Part shown: positions 1 to 10,968 of the stretch, in pieces
Layout of the letters: every line of letters starts with the position of its first letter
Position numbering within the stretch: position 1 is the first letter of the stretch
Source of the DNA: an uncultured Acidobacteriota bacterium
Lineage (GTDB): Bacteria; Acidobacteriota; UBA6911
DNA: 64,000 bases
Direction: 5' to 3'
Assembly (NCBI GenBank): GCA_963843575.1
Contig: CAWJKZ010000021.1
Span: 96,001-160,000, forward strand
Notes under the pieces: model-generated
Told to the model about the DNA's origin: nothing
The model's input: only the letters and a program-made list of their open reading frames with translations
The model's database searches: none
Translations under genes and position numbers: made by a program

Positions 1-72
1 GCCGTCAAATCGTATCTGGAAAAACGCCGCTTCCGCTTCGACGCCGATCACTCACTGATACTTCCCGAATAG
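1..72 (+). CDS. 3' end of a CDS truncated by the window edge (AVKSYLEKRRFRFDADHSLILPE*), product unknown
   Basis: Frame +1 is open from base 1 to TAG at 70-72, 51 bp upstream of the next gene on the same strand. Confidence 0.4.
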   Translation, partial: AVKSYLEKRRFRFDADHSLILPE

Positions 73-123
73 GCGCGAGTACGTCCGGGCGACAAAGGGG
101 TCCGGCAAGAAAGGGAGGGGAGG

Positions 124-1464
124 ATGGACATCGAGACGATCCTGCGCGGAACGCTCAAGCCGGCGCTGGGCTGCACGGAGCCGGTGGCCGTGGCGCTGGC
201 GGTCGCGGCGGCCGCACAGGCCACGGCGGGCTGGACACCGGAACGGCACGGGCTGCCGGTTCGAGGCCTGTCTGAGGACGACGTGGCGTCGGTGCGCCTT
301 TCGGTCAACAACAACATCTTCAAGAACGCGTTCTCCATCTTCATCCCGAACGCCGGGGGGCACAAGGGGATCAAGATGGCGGCGGCCCTGGGGATCTGGT
401 GCGACCCGAACGCCGGTCTCTCCCTGTTCCGGGACATCGGCGAGGCGGAAGTCGCGCGGGCGCGCCGCCTCATCCTCGGCGGCAAGGTGTCGATCGACAT
501 CGTCCCCGCCGATCACACGACCCTGCTTGTCGAGGCCTCCGTCAGACTCGGGGGCGGTCCGGAGGGTCGCGAAGGCGGCGCCCTGATCCGGGACGAGCAC
601 ACGAACCTGGTCCGGCTCACGCGCGACGGCCTCGAGATCTACCGGCGGATCGAAACGCCCCCTCCGGGGCCGGACTCCGGCGACGGTGCGGACGTGCTGG
701 CCGGCCTGGGTTTCGCGGACTTGGTGCGCATGGCCGACGACCTCCCGGAATCGGCGCACCCGCTGCTGCTCAGGACGATCGAGTTGAACGTCAAGGCTGC
801 CGAGACGGGCCTGGAGCAGCCGCTCGGCCTGGGGGTCGGGTACTTCGGTACCCGGCTGCCGCACGACGTCGCCCGCGATTTTTCGAGCAGCGCTGCCGCG
901 GGAAGCGATGCGCGCATGTCCGGGTACCCGGTGGAGGTGATGAGTTCGGCTGGGTCGGGCAACCAGGGGATCATCGCAACCGTGCCCGTCGTGACGTACT
1001 GCAGGGCAAACGGCGTCGGGGAGCGGCCCATGCTGCAGGCGCTCGCCCTGTCGCACCTCGTGACGATGTACGTGACCTCGCATGTCGGGTACCTCTCGAC
1101 CCTCTGCGGGGTCGCCGTCAAGGCGGGCATCGGCGCGGCCTGCGGCATCACCTACGCCATGGGGGGCCGGGCCGCCGAAATCGGCCTTGCCGTCAAGATC
1201 ATGGCCGCGACGCTCTCCGGTGTCATCTGCGACGGGGCCAAGCTCGGGTGCGCGCTGAAGGTGAGCTCCACTTCCGACATGGCCGCGAAGGCCGCGTCGC
1301 TGGCCGTGAACGGGTTGGATGTTTCGGAAGAGAACGGCATCGTCGGGGACACGCCGGAGAAGACGATCCGCAACCTCGCCCGCCTGAACCAGTCGATGCG
1401 TGCGGTCGAGGACGGGATCGTCCAGATCATGAAAGAAAAGCTCACTTCCCCCGAGGTTCTTTGA
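124..1464 (+). CDS. L-cysteine desulfidase (CyuA/YhaM, serine dehydratase alpha-like family)
   Basis: N-terminal LKPALGCTEP, SDARMSG, SAGSGNQG, LSTLCG and ICDGAKLGCALK motifs; GGAGG RBS upstream. Confidence 0.88.
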   Translation: MDIETILRGTLKPALGCTEPVAVALAVAAAAQATAGWTPERHGLPVRGLSEDDVASVRLSVNNNIFKNAFSIFIPNAGGHKGIKMAAALGIWCDPNAGLSLFRDIGEAEVARARRLILGGKVSIDIVPADHTTLLVEASVRLGGGPEGREGGALIRDEHTNLVRLTRDGLEIYRRIETPPPGPDSGDGADVLAGLGFADLVRMADDLPESAHPLLLRTIELNVKAAETGLEQPLGLGVGYFGTRLPHDVARDFSSSAAAGSDARMSGYPVEVMSSAGSGNQGIIATVPVVTYCRANGVGERPMLQALALSHLVTMYVTSHVGYLSTLCGVAVKAGIGAACGITYAMGGRAAEIGLAVKIMAATLSGVICDGAKLGCALKVSSTSDMAAKAASLAVNGLDVSEENGIVGDTPEKTIRNLARLNQSMRAVEDGIVQIMKEKLTSPEVL

Positions 1465-1572
1465 GCCCCTCACCCTCGCGAATTTCAACACCATGGGTTC
1501 GCCGGCTCACAGGTGTGAAGGGACGGCACAGGGAGCGATGCCGCAAAGAACTGAAGGTCAAAGAGATAGGAT

Positions 1573-1587
1573 TGGCAGGGGAATTGC
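1573..1587 (+). promoter_or_regulatory. Sigma-54 (-24/-12) promoter
   Basis: TGGCAGGGGAATTGC fits TGGCAC-N5-TTGC with exact GG-N10-GC spacing; it precedes an operon that ends in a sigma-54 activator. Confidence 0.7.
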
Positions 1588-1600
1588 GGTAGCGCAGGGC

Positions 1601-2863
1601 ATGAAAAACAAAACCTTTCTCGCGATGCTGATCTGGTTTCTCCTCCTGGTGTGGCCGGTTCAGGTGGCGGCCGTGCCACAGGATCCCGATGACAACGTCA
1701 ATTCGCGCTATACGGTGGAGGATGTGCAGCTGCGGGGGGTGGCCGAATCGAAGATCGACCAGGCCCTGCGCGACGACATGCGGAAGCTGGTGGGCGAGAA
1801 ATTCAGCGAGGCGGCGGCCGACGAGATAGCCAGGCGCCTGCGCAAGGATCTGCCCGACTACTCGGTCGAGACCAGGGTCCGGCGCGGAGACCAGGCCGGC
1901 CAGGTCAGGGTGATCTACGAGCTGGAAAGGATCTGGTGGAAGAAGTTCGACGTCGAGGGTTCCCGCGTCGTCTACCACTCCAAGCAGGGGTGGAGCGGGG
2001 CGCTGAGTGCGACCGTCGACACGCACCACAACGCCTTCACCTTCAGCTTCGCGAACAGCGCCGACGAAATCCTGGAGCGGAACGCGGGCATCCGTCTCGG
2101 CTACGAGCACAGGAAGCCGGGCACGGACCGGTTGCGGTTCCGGATGGGTTTCGAAACCTACCACGAAAAGTGGAATCCCGCGACGGAGCTGGCGCTCGCG
2201 GGGGACGGGGACGTGCCCGGGGTCTACCGCGCCCGCCAGGGTTTCAGCCCGCAGATCGCGGTCCTCCCGTGGCGCGACCTGCAGTTGAGCGTGGGTGCCG
2301 ATTTCGAACGGCTTCAGATGCAATATCCCGCCGTCCACACGGACAGCGCCTATTCGGGGACGCTGGCCGCGAGTTACCGGCACCGGTGGGGGGACGCATC
2401 CGGCGTCCGGCAGCGCCTGGGTGCGGATTACTCAGTGCGCAGCGCCACCCGGGTCCTGGACAGCGACTTCGTCTACACGCGCCACGCGCTGACGGCCGAA
2501 TACCGGGTCCGGTACGCGCGCAGCCTCGTCGGCGTGCGTCTGCTCGCGGGCGCCGTCACGGGCCGCGCGCCGCTGTTCGAACGCTTCTCGCTGGGCAACG
2601 CCACGACGCTGCGCGGCTGGAACAAGTTCGACGTCGCGCCGCTCGGGGGGAACCGCGTCGCCCACGCCTCGATCGAGTACGGCTACTCCGGCTTCAGGAT
2701 CTTCTACGACGCCGGGGCGGTGTGGGACTCCGGGAAAGGAGGCCGGACCAGGCACGCGCTCGGTTTCGGCTTCGCGGAGCGTCGCGGCGCGTTCCTGTTC
2801 CTCGGGTTCCCATTGCGCTCGAACCACGTGGCCCCGGTTCTCACCTTCGGCATCGGGTTCTAG
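1601..2863 (+). CDS. Omp85/BamA-TamA-like outer membrane beta-barrel protein with one POTRA-like domain
   Basis: Signal peptide from ATG 1601 (MKNKTFLAMLIWFLLL), POTRA-like YTVEDVQLRG, LRGW variant of the VRGF loop motif, C-terminal Phe (FGIGF). Confidence 0.75.
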   Translation: MKNKTFLAMLIWFLLLVWPVQVAAVPQDPDDNVNSRYTVEDVQLRGVAESKIDQALRDDMRKLVGEKFSEAAADEIARRLRKDLPDYSVETRVRRGDQAGQVRVIYELERIWWKKFDVEGSRVVYHSKQGWSGALSATVDTHHNAFTFSFANSADEILERNAGIRLGYEHRKPGTDRLRFRMGFETYHEKWNPATELALAGDGDVPGVYRARQGFSPQIAVLPWRDLQLSVGADFERLQMQYPAVHTDSAYSGTLAASYRHRWGDASGVRQRLGADYSVRSATRVLDSDFVYTRHALTAEYRVRYARSLVGVRLLAGAVTGRAPLFERFSLGNATTLRGWNKFDVAPLGGNRVAHASIEYGYSGFRIFYDAGAVWDSGKGGRTRHALGFGFAERRGAFLFLGFPLRSNHVAPVLTFGIGF

Positions 2864-2873
2864 GGAGGCGCCA

Positions 2874-3500
2874 ATGCGATATCGACGACGACTCCCTGGC
2901 CTGATTTTCCTTCTGCTGGCGCCGTTGCCGCGGCTCGTCGCCCAGACGCTGCAGCCGTACCTGGAAGGGGACCGCGTGCAGGTGGCGGCGCCGCAACTGC
3001 GGTTTCTCTCCGGCCGGGCATTGGAGAGGCTGCGCGATGGCGCAGCGGTGCCGTTCACGCTGCAGCTGACGGCCACGTCCGGCGGGAGGGCCCTCGCGCA
3101 GGCGTCGGGGCGCGTGGTCCTGAGCTTCGACCTGTGGGAGGAGCGCTTCTCCGGCGTGCAGGACGCGCCGAGGCGCTCGGCTTCGCACCTGACTCTCGAC
3201 GCGGCAGAGGCGTGGAGCCTCCAGGCCGTGGCGCTGCCGCTTTCGGCCCTTGCGGGGCAAGAATCGTTCGTACTAAAGTTGGAGATCCGGGCAGAGGAAC
3301 AGGCGGAGCAGGTGGATGCGGAGGCCGGCAACCCGGGCCTCTCCATGGCCGGCCTGATCGAGGTTTTCAGTCGCAAGGCCAAAGAACAGCCGTCGCGCTG
3401 GTCCGCCATTTCGGCCACGGTGCGCGTGCATGACCTCGACCGGAAAAATCCCAGGAACGGAGCTCCTCTTCCACCCTTACTACGCGGCCCAATGATGTGA
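2874..3500 (+). CDS. Exported protein, DUF4390-like
   Basis: Signal peptide, ERLRDGAAVPF and SFDLWEERF segments; lies directly before an NtrY-like kinase with GTGA overlap. Confidence 0.6.
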   Translation: MRYRRRLPGLIFLLLAPLPRLVAQTLQPYLEGDRVQVAAPQLRFLSGRALERLRDGAAVPFTLQLTATSGGRALAQASGRVVLSFDLWEERFSGVQDAPRRSASHLTLDAAEAWSLQAVALPLSALAGQESFVLKLEIRAEEQAEQVDAEAGNPGLSMAGLIEVFSRKAKEQPSRWSAISATVRVHDLDRKNPRNGAPLPPLLRGPMM

Positions 3501-4891
3501 ACCGGCTTCGCAACAGGCTCCTACTGGTCTTTCTCGCCGGCACCCTGGTGCCGCTCGGGGCGATGCTCTGGATCACGGCCGCGCTCTTGCAACAGAGCCT
3601 GCGCTACGCCGACACCGGCGCATTGGACAGGCTCTCCAGGCTGTTGGAACAGACCGGCCGCCAGCTCTACCAGGGGGCGCGCGACGATCTAAAGGAGGAG
3701 GTCGCCCGGGGCGCTGTCGCGCCGCAGCGTTTCCCGAGGTCGGCCTCCGCCTCCTGGCCCGAGGCGGTCCGGGAGTTCTGGGACAGCGGCGAGCCGGAGA
3801 GGTTTGCGCTCTCGGGCGCCAAGGGGGATCGCCTGGACTACCTGGTGCGTCGGGACGGGGAGGTGCTGCTCTACCCGCGCCCGCTGGGAAAGATCCGGAT
3901 GGGGCCGCTGTCGGACGAGTACCGGCAGGCGCGCCGGCAGGTGGAAGACCTCCAGCGGCGGGATTTGCGGAAGGGCTTCACCACCACGCTGCTCGTCCTG
4001 AGCGCGTCGGTCTGGGTCCTCTCGCTGGTCGCGCTGGCGTACGTCGCCCACCGGATCAGCCGCCCGATACAGGATCTCACGGAAGGTCTCTCGGAGCTGG
4101 CCGCAGGACGCTACGACACCCGGCTCCGCGCGCAGAGCACGGACGAGGTCGGCCAGGCGGTCCAGGCCTTCAACGATATGGCCGCGCGGCTGGAGCAGAA
4201 CCGGGACCGGTTGGTGTACCTGACTCAGGTCGCCAGCTGGCAGCTCCTCGCCCGGAAGATGGCGCACGAGCTGAAGAACTCCCTGACCCCAATAAGGCTC
4301 ACGGTCGAGGAGATCGTCGCCCGGCAGCCCCACTGCGACCCCGGTTTCCTCCAGCAGGCGGCGCAGGTCGTCATCGAGGAAATTGACACGCTGGAGCGGC
4401 GCGTGCGCGCGTTCTCCGAATTCTCCAGCGAGCCCGCTCCACGACCCGCCGCCATCGACCTCAACGAGGCCGTCGCCGAGCGGGTCGAGTTTCTCAGGGT
4501 GGCGCACCCCGGGGTCGAATACCGTATGGAACTCACGGCCGCGGCGCCGCGGGCCTTCGCAGATCCCGACCACGTCAAGGGCATACTGACGAACCTGCTG
4601 GAGAACGCGGCTGAGGCGCTGCCGCGCGCGGGCGGCGCCGTCCTGATCATAACAGAAGTCCGGGAGGGGAAGACCCGGGCGGAGGTGCACGACTCCGGCC
4701 CGGGGCTCAACGAAGAGGTCCGGCTCTCCCTTTTCGAGCCGACGATCTCGTTCAAGAAACAGGGCATGGGGCTCGGGCTGTCCATCTCGCGCAAGAACGC
4801 GCTGCTGGCCGGCGGCGATCTCGAGGTCATCGAAGGGCAGCTGGGCGGGGCGGCTTTCCGGTTGCTCCTCCCCCTCGCCCAGGACGCGTGA
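3497..4891 (+). CDS. HAMP-domain sensor histidine kinase (NtrY-like)
   Basis: Two TM helices, HAMP (DEVGQAVQAFNDM), H-box WQLLARKMAHELKNSLTPI, N-box NLLENA, DSGPG, GMGLGL. Confidence 0.93.
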   Translation: MNRLRNRLLLVFLAGTLVPLGAMLWITAALLQQSLRYADTGALDRLSRLLEQTGRQLYQGARDDLKEEVARGAVAPQRFPRSASASWPEAVREFWDSGEPERFALSGAKGDRLDYLVRRDGEVLLYPRPLGKIRMGPLSDEYRQARRQVEDLQRRDLRKGFTTTLLVLSASVWVLSLVALAYVAHRISRPIQDLTEGLSELAAGRYDTRLRAQSTDEVGQAVQAFNDMAARLEQNRDRLVYLTQVASWQLLARKMAHELKNSLTPIRLTVEEIVARQPHCDPGFLQQAAQVVIEEIDTLERRVRAFSEFSSEPAPRPAAIDLNEAVAERVEFLRVAHPGVEYRMELTAAAPRAFADPDHVKGILTNLLENAAEALPRAGGAVLIITEVREGKTRAEVHDSGPGLNEEVRLSLFEPTISFKKQGMGLGLSISRKNALLAGGDLEVIEGQLGGAAFRLLLPLAQDA

Positions 4892-4894
4892 TAC

Positions 4895-6232
<1,338 letters not shown>

Positions 6233-6249
6233 GCGGCGCTGCAGAACAA

Positions 6250-6333
6250 GTGGGCCGGGCTTCAGCCCGGACGCTGTTCTTGGTGGCGGTATAGCGCAGA
6301 TCGCAAGACGTCCGGGCTAGAGCCCGGGCCCAC
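6250..6333. repeat. REP-like inverted doublet, family A (GTGGG-CCGGGCTTCAGCCCGGAC)
   Basis: Two inverted GTGG-headed hairpins; a near-identical element lies at 49816-49909. Confidence 0.8.
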
Positions 6334-6408
6334 TTGTGTTGGGTACGGTTTGTTTTTTGTCGCTGTGTGGCGCACGGAACGATCGAGGTACAATGGGAGC
6401 TCACCGAA

Positions 6409-8709
6409 ATGAAGACCACAGTCCTTTGCTTGGTGGCGGCGTTGCTCGGTCCCCCGGCGCTCCCGGCGCAGTCGGGGTCGCTGCAGGAGATGAAGCCCGA
6501 CGCCGTGGTTGCGCTCCAGGGCGAAACCCATCACGTGCAGGGGCTGCTGGTTTCCGGTGACCGGGTGTACGTCACGGCCGTCGACCGAGCGGCGCGCAAG
6601 GCCTATCTCTTCGAGCACGATCTGAAGACGGGGACGAGGCTACGTGCGGTCGAGATCCAGCAGGGGGCGCGGTACCACCCGGGCGGCTTCGACGCGGACG
6701 ACGCCGCGCTCTGGATTCCCGTCGCGGAATACCGCGCCGGGAGCAGCACCGTCGTTCAGCGCCGCTCCAGGGAATCCCTCCAGCTGATCTCTTCGTTCGA
6801 GGTGGCCGACCACGTCGGCGCGCTGGCGGTCGGGCCGGACAGGCTGTATGCAGCAAACTGGGACGCGCGCAGCCTGATCGAACTCTCGCCGGATGGGAAA
6901 ATCCTGCGCGCCAGGGACAACCCGACACCGCTGGCGATCCAGGACTGGAAGTACCGTAACGGAATCCTCGTGGCCTCCGCGGTCACCCCGGCGGATCCCG
7001 CGGGCGCCGCCGTCGCCTGGATCGACCCGGAAACCCTGGGGGTGCTGAAGACCGTCCCCGCGGGAGTCACCGACCGCGGTGTCCCTTTCACGGCCGAGGG
7101 GCTGGATTCCCGGGACGGGACGCTTTATCTGCTTCCCGAGGACGCCCCGTTGCGTGTCTTCGTGTTCGACCAGCTGCGTCTCGCGAACCTCAATCGTCCG
7201 GAGCGGGAGCAGTGGCTTCGCGACCTGGGATTCGGCATGTTCATCCACTGGAACGTCGATGTGAACCTCGGTTCGGTGATCTCCCACTCGCTCGTCGGCG
7301 CGGATGCCGGCTACGTCGAGCGATACTTCGACCTGCTGCCGCGCTACCTTCACCCGCGCAAGTTCGATGCGCGGGAATGGGCGCGGCTCGCCCGGCTCGC
7401 GGGGATGAAGTACGGGGTGTTCACGGCCAAGCACCACGCGGGATTCTGCTGGTGGGACACGAAGACGACGCCGTTGAACGTGATGAACACGCCGCTCCGG
7501 CGGGACGTCGTGCGGGAATACGCCGATGCGTTCCGCGCCGAGGGGCTGGCCGTCGGGCTCTACATCTCACCGGACGACTTCTGGTGGTTCCACAATAATG
7601 GCTACCGCATCGCGCGGCCGCCCGCGCCGATGACCACCACCAGGGAAATTCCGGCGCTGAAGGTCTACGGGCAGGCGCAGCTGCGCGAGCTGCTGACGCA
7701 CTACGGGAAGATAGACGTTCTCTTCATCGACGGCCCGGCGCACGGGCTGCGCGAGCTCGCCTGGCAGATCGACCCGCAGATCGTCGTCACGCGGGGCGCG
7801 ATCGAAACGCCGGAGCAGCACGTCCCCGGGATTCCCATGGACCAGCTGTGGGAAGGCAACATGACGATCGGGGACGCGTGGCAGCACAAGCCCGCCGACA
7901 CACCGAAGAGCTCGCAGAAGCTGATCGAGACGCTGGTGGAGGTCCGCGCGAAGGGGGGCAACTTCCTGCTGAACGTCGGCCCCCGCCCCGACGGCGAGCT
8001 CTCGCAGGGCGAAGAGGCCCGTCTGCGCGACATCGCACTGTGGAGCTTCGTCAACGGCGAGGCCCTCGACGCCGTCCGGCCCTGGGTGATCACCAACGAA
8101 GGGAACATCTGGTTCACCCGGCACAAGCGCGGCGGCACCGTTTACGCCTTCGTCACCCGGAGCCCGTGGAAACTCGGGGAACGCCGCGAACTGACCCTGA
8201 AATCCGTCCGGGCGACCCCGCGCACGGACGTCGGGATTCTCGGGCAGTCGGACGAGGTCCTCGAGTACCGGCCGGACATCGGGCCGAAGACCGCGTGGCG
8301 CCAGACCGACGACGGGCTCGTGATCTCGGCAATGACCGCACAGCGCCTGTACGACGACCGGCGGTGGGACAAGCCGGTGGTCTTGCGCATCTCGAACGCC
8401 GAGCCGGCACTCGACCCGCCCCGGGTCGCCACGCTTGACGCCAGCGGCGGCACGCTGCGCGGACGCCTGGAGTCGATGGGCGATGCCCGCGCGCTCGAGG
8501 TCGGATTCGAGTACCGGCCGCGCAAGGGGCTGACGGACCTGTATGAAAAGACGGAACCGTGGCGCCCACTGCCGTTGCGGACCGTCTCGGCGCCGGGCGA
8601 GTTTACGGGCCGCGTCCCGGGCGGGCTGGCGCCGGCGGACCTGGAGTTCCGCGCCGTGGTCAGGCACCCGGTCATGACCCTGTACGGTGCCGAAAAACCG
8701 GTTCAGTAA
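6409..8709 (+). CDS. Secreted fusion of a DUF6454-like beta-propeller and a GH29 alpha-L-fucosidase-family domain
   Basis: Signal peptide from ATG 6409; HHVQG, YHPGG and WIPVAEY in the N-half; FGMFIHW, AGMKYGVFTAKHHAGF, LFIDG and GGNFLLNVGP in the C-half. Confidence 0.8.
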   Translation: MKTTVLCLVAALLGPPALPAQSGSLQEMKPDAVVALQGETHHVQGLLVSGDRVYVTAVDRAARKAYLFEHDLKTGTRLRAVEIQQGARYHPGGFDADDAALWIPVAEYRAGSSTVVQRRSRESLQLISSFEVADHVGALAVGPDRLYAANWDARSLIELSPDGKILRARDNPTPLAIQDWKYRNGILVASAVTPADPAGAAVAWIDPETLGVLKTVPAGVTDRGVPFTAEGLDSRDGTLYLLPEDAPLRVFVFDQLRLANLNRPEREQWLRDLGFGMFIHWNVDVNLGSVISHSLVGADAGYVERYFDLLPRYLHPRKFDAREWARLARLAGMKYGVFTAKHHAGFCWWDTKTTPLNVMNTPLRRDVVREYADAFRAEGLAVGLYISPDDFWWFHNNGYRIARPPAPMTTTREIPALKVYGQAQLRELLTHYGKIDVLFIDGPAHGLRELAWQIDPQIVVTRGAIETPEQHVPGIPMDQLWEGNMTIGDAWQHKPADTPKSSQKLIETLVEVRAKGGNFLLNVGPRPDGELSQGEEARLRDIALWSFVNGEALDAVRPWVITNEGNIWFTRHKRGGTVYAFVTRSPWKLGERRELTLKSVRATPRTDVGILGQSDEVLEYRPDIGPKTAWRQTDDGLVISAMTAQRLYDDRRWDKPVVLRISNAEPALDPPRVATLDASGGTLRGRLESMGDARALEVGFEYRPRKGLTDLYEKTEPWRPLPLRTVSAPGEFTGRVPGGLAPADLEFRAVVRHPVMTLYGAEKPVQ

Positions 8710-8717
8710 ACCGGACC

Positions 8718-9128
8718 CTACTGCTTGACTGCAGCCGTCACGAGTTCAACGACCCGGCGCGCTCCTGCGCGCGCCTGTTCGGCATCCGGCCGTTGATAGA
8801 AGTCGGAGGGTGTCAGGTCCTCGCTTCCATAGAACGCCAATTCCCGGTCGCGCCTCAGCGACCTGGATGTGGCGACGAGGTCTTCGATGTATGGGCGGAT
8901 GTTCTCCGGAAGCCTGTCGCCTTCGGAACGCAGAATCTGGCCGACATCGTGGATGCGAGGGACCTCGACAGAAGAAGAACGCAGAAGAGACTTCAGCGCC
9001 AGCTCAACCGCTTCCTGGGACTCGCGCACAACATCGGCCCAGCTCTCGAGGTCGAAAAGGACATCGATCGCGGCAAGCCTGTGGGTTGCGCGGGTGAGGT
9101 AATCCGCCGCCAGTGTCCGGTTATGCAT
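8718..9128 (-). CDS. HEPN domain protein (toxin of an MNT-HEPN pair)
   Basis: SQEAVELALKSLL, PRIHDV and RRDRELAFYG motifs; start overlaps the stop of the upstream MNT gene. Confidence 0.88.
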   Translation of the reverse strand: MHNRTLAADYLTRATHRLAAIDVLFDLESWADVVRESQEAVELALKSLLRSSSVEVPRIHDVGQILRSEGDRLPENIRPYIEDLVATSRSLRRDRELAFYGSEDLTPSDFYQRPDAEQARAGARRVVELVTAAVKQ

Positions 9129-9735
9129 CACTTTCCTTGAATTCCTTAATCCAGTAGGGGCTTCCATGGACAACCCGCCGCCGGATCCTCCCCTGTCCCA
9201 TGGCCTCGCGTACGGACCCGAGAAAGCGTGAGATCTGGTGATCGCATTCCCGAAGAACGATACCGTCAAGCGCCACCTCATACCACAAACCGCCGGCCTC
9301 CTGGACGCTCGCGGGCAGTTTGACAAAGTGAGGGGAGATCTCACCTTGGTCCGGAGTGCCGGCGTATTGCCGGCAGAACTCTTCCCAGCGGCGATACAGA
9401 TCCCGGGTGATTTTCACTCCCGGCCGCATGATCAGCAGCAGATCGATATCCGATCCGTCGGTAGCATCGCCGCGAGCGGCGGATCCGAAAAGGAGCAGGC
9501 CGACAAGATCCCCTTGCCACCATTGAACGGTTTTGTCGAGGAAGTCCGGTGAGATCAAGTTTGACTGCGCCGTTGCTGCGGCGGAACGCCCGGGCAACGC
9601 ATCGTTCCGCAGCAGCTTGGCGACACAAAACTGGTTCAGGGACTTTCCGGTGCGCAGGGCCTCCTGCTTCAGACGGCCATGCAAGCCCGCAGGCATTCTA
9701 ATGACGAACTTTCCCGAGCACTGCTTCATACCCAT
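9121..9735 (-). CDS. HicB-like RHH domain fused to a minimal nucleotidyltransferase (antitoxin)
   Basis: N-terminal SGKFVIRMPAGLHGRLKQEALRTGKSLNQF (RHH); LFGSAARGDATDGSDIDLL (GS..DxD MNT motif). Confidence 0.85.
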   Translation of the reverse strand: MGMKQCSGKFVIRMPAGLHGRLKQEALRTGKSLNQFCVAKLLRNDALPGRSAAATAQSNLISPDFLDKTVQWWQGDLVGLLLFGSAARGDATDGSDIDLLLIMRPGVKITRDLYRRWEEFCRQYAGTPDQGEISPHFVKLPASVQEAGGLWYEVALDGIVLRECDHQISRFLGSVREAMGQGRIRRRVVHGSPYWIKEFKESDA

Positions 9736-9736
9736 A

Positions 9737-9752
9737 TAGTATCATAGTACTA
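9737..9752 (-). promoter_or_regulatory. Palindromic operator overlapping a -10 box of the TA operon
   Basis: TAGTA-TCATAG-TACTA inverted repeat; minus-strand TATGAT ends 5 nt before the ATG. Confidence 0.5.
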
Positions 9753-9890
9753 AGCCAGAAAGTTGAGTGGGTCAAAAACCCCTGCGCTCTCCGGAGTTCA
9801 CGAGGAAGTTCCCGACTTCCAGGTATACAGGGATAGATGAGGGACATCCACTCTGCCGGCGAGGAGAACGCTTTCCATCGATCGTGATCT

Positions 9891-10268
9891 GCGGTCGTCG
9901 CGGTACTTCTGATCGCCTGCGCGAGTACCGCAAACCTGATGCTCGCGCGGACCACCGCCCGCCGTCGAGAACTGGCTCTGCGGGACGTGCTGGGCGCCGG
10001 TCGCGGGCGCATGGTGAGTTGGCTCCTCACGGAAAGTGTGTTTCTGGCGCTCGTGGGAAGAGCTGCGGGGAGTGGACTGGCTTATCTCCTGATGCGTCTG
10101 TTTATTACGATCTCTCCGGGGAATCCTCCGCCGCCTGCGCGAGGCAACCCTCTGGCTCTTGGCCAGGGAACCGGGTGGGCAATTACCGGTGTGATCGCCG
10201 GCGTCGGGGGAGTCCTGATCCTCGTCGGGTTCGCTGCCTGCTACATTCCCGCGCGGCACGCAATGTGC
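9891..10268 (+). pseudogene. Remnant of an ABC/ADOP-type (MacB/FtsX-like) permease
   Basis: [40 protein letters not shown]...LLTES joined to the C-terminal FAACYIPAR; far shorter than the family and preceded by an in-frame stop. Confidence 0.75.
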
Positions 10269-10400
10269 ATCGTCGGGCAGCAAATCAGGCAATTTAGTAC
10301 CGATGGGACTAAGCAGAGACTGCATGGATAAGCCAGCATGCTCCGGGACATTCCTCTGGGCGCATCACCGGCAGGGGTGTCGCCCGCCGGACCGACAGAG

Positions 10401-10967
10401 TCAATCATACGGAGCGTAACTGTAGACCTTGTAGACACCATCCATTTCGATCAGAGTGCCGAAAAGGGGAACGTCTTCTTCCGCGCCGTTCTCGATGCGG
10501 ATGGTGAACCTGTAGTCCGGCCACGCGGTGTGTGAGGCGAAGCGCTCCTTGGTCTTCGCCGAACTCATGCTGACGATCTCGACCTTCCGCCCTCTGTACC
10601 GCTCATACAGCTTTGCCAGGCGGTTTAGGCTCCGGAAGTAGACGTCATTCCAGACGAAGTCGAATGGAATGTTCGTCCGGGGATTGCTGGCCGGAAGTTC
10701 AGGCCAGACGTAGGACTGGAACTCCTCCCTCGACAGCGTGAGGTTCTTGAGGGTCTGCAGGTCGCTGTCGGCCAGCGCCCGCACGACCGTGGCTGCCACG
10801 GCTTGGGGGGACGATTCTGCATGCGCCAGGCGAACCGGCCTGTTCCGCGCCGCATAGACTGCGAACAGGCAGAGCCCGGCGACGCAGGCGGCCGGCGCAA
10901 GAACAGCCGGCTTCCGGAGAAGCCGGCCGTATTTCGAGCGTCTGTTATGGGGCTTGCGTGAGGCCAT
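10401..10967 (-). CDS. Hypothetical membrane-anchored protein, last gene of the TonB-receptor operon
   Basis: One N-terminal hydrophobic helix; starts 1 bp after the stop of the upstream gene. Confidence 0.75.
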   Translation of the reverse strand: MASRKPHNRRSKYGRLLRKPAVLAPAACVAGLCLFAVYAARNRPVRLAHAESSPQAVAATVVRALADSDLQTLKNLTLSREEFQSYVWPELPASNPRTNIPFDFVWNDVYFRSLNRLAKLYERYRGRKVEIVSMSSAKTKERFASHTAWPDYRFTIRIENGAEEDVPLFGTLIEMDGVYKVYSYAPYD

Positions 10968-10968
10968 C

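Noticed and set aside
52-1494. Long antisense and alternate-frame ORFs throughout (for example 52-1494, 3689-6226, 15975-18389, 17861-20125, 42717-44561, 51566-53251, 60548-62170)
   Set aside because: They are shadows of real genes in high-GC DNA: no family motifs, and they fully overlap well-supported CDSs
6368-6385. TGGCGC as a sigma-54 -24 box before the GH29 fusion
   Set aside because: No GC at the -12 position
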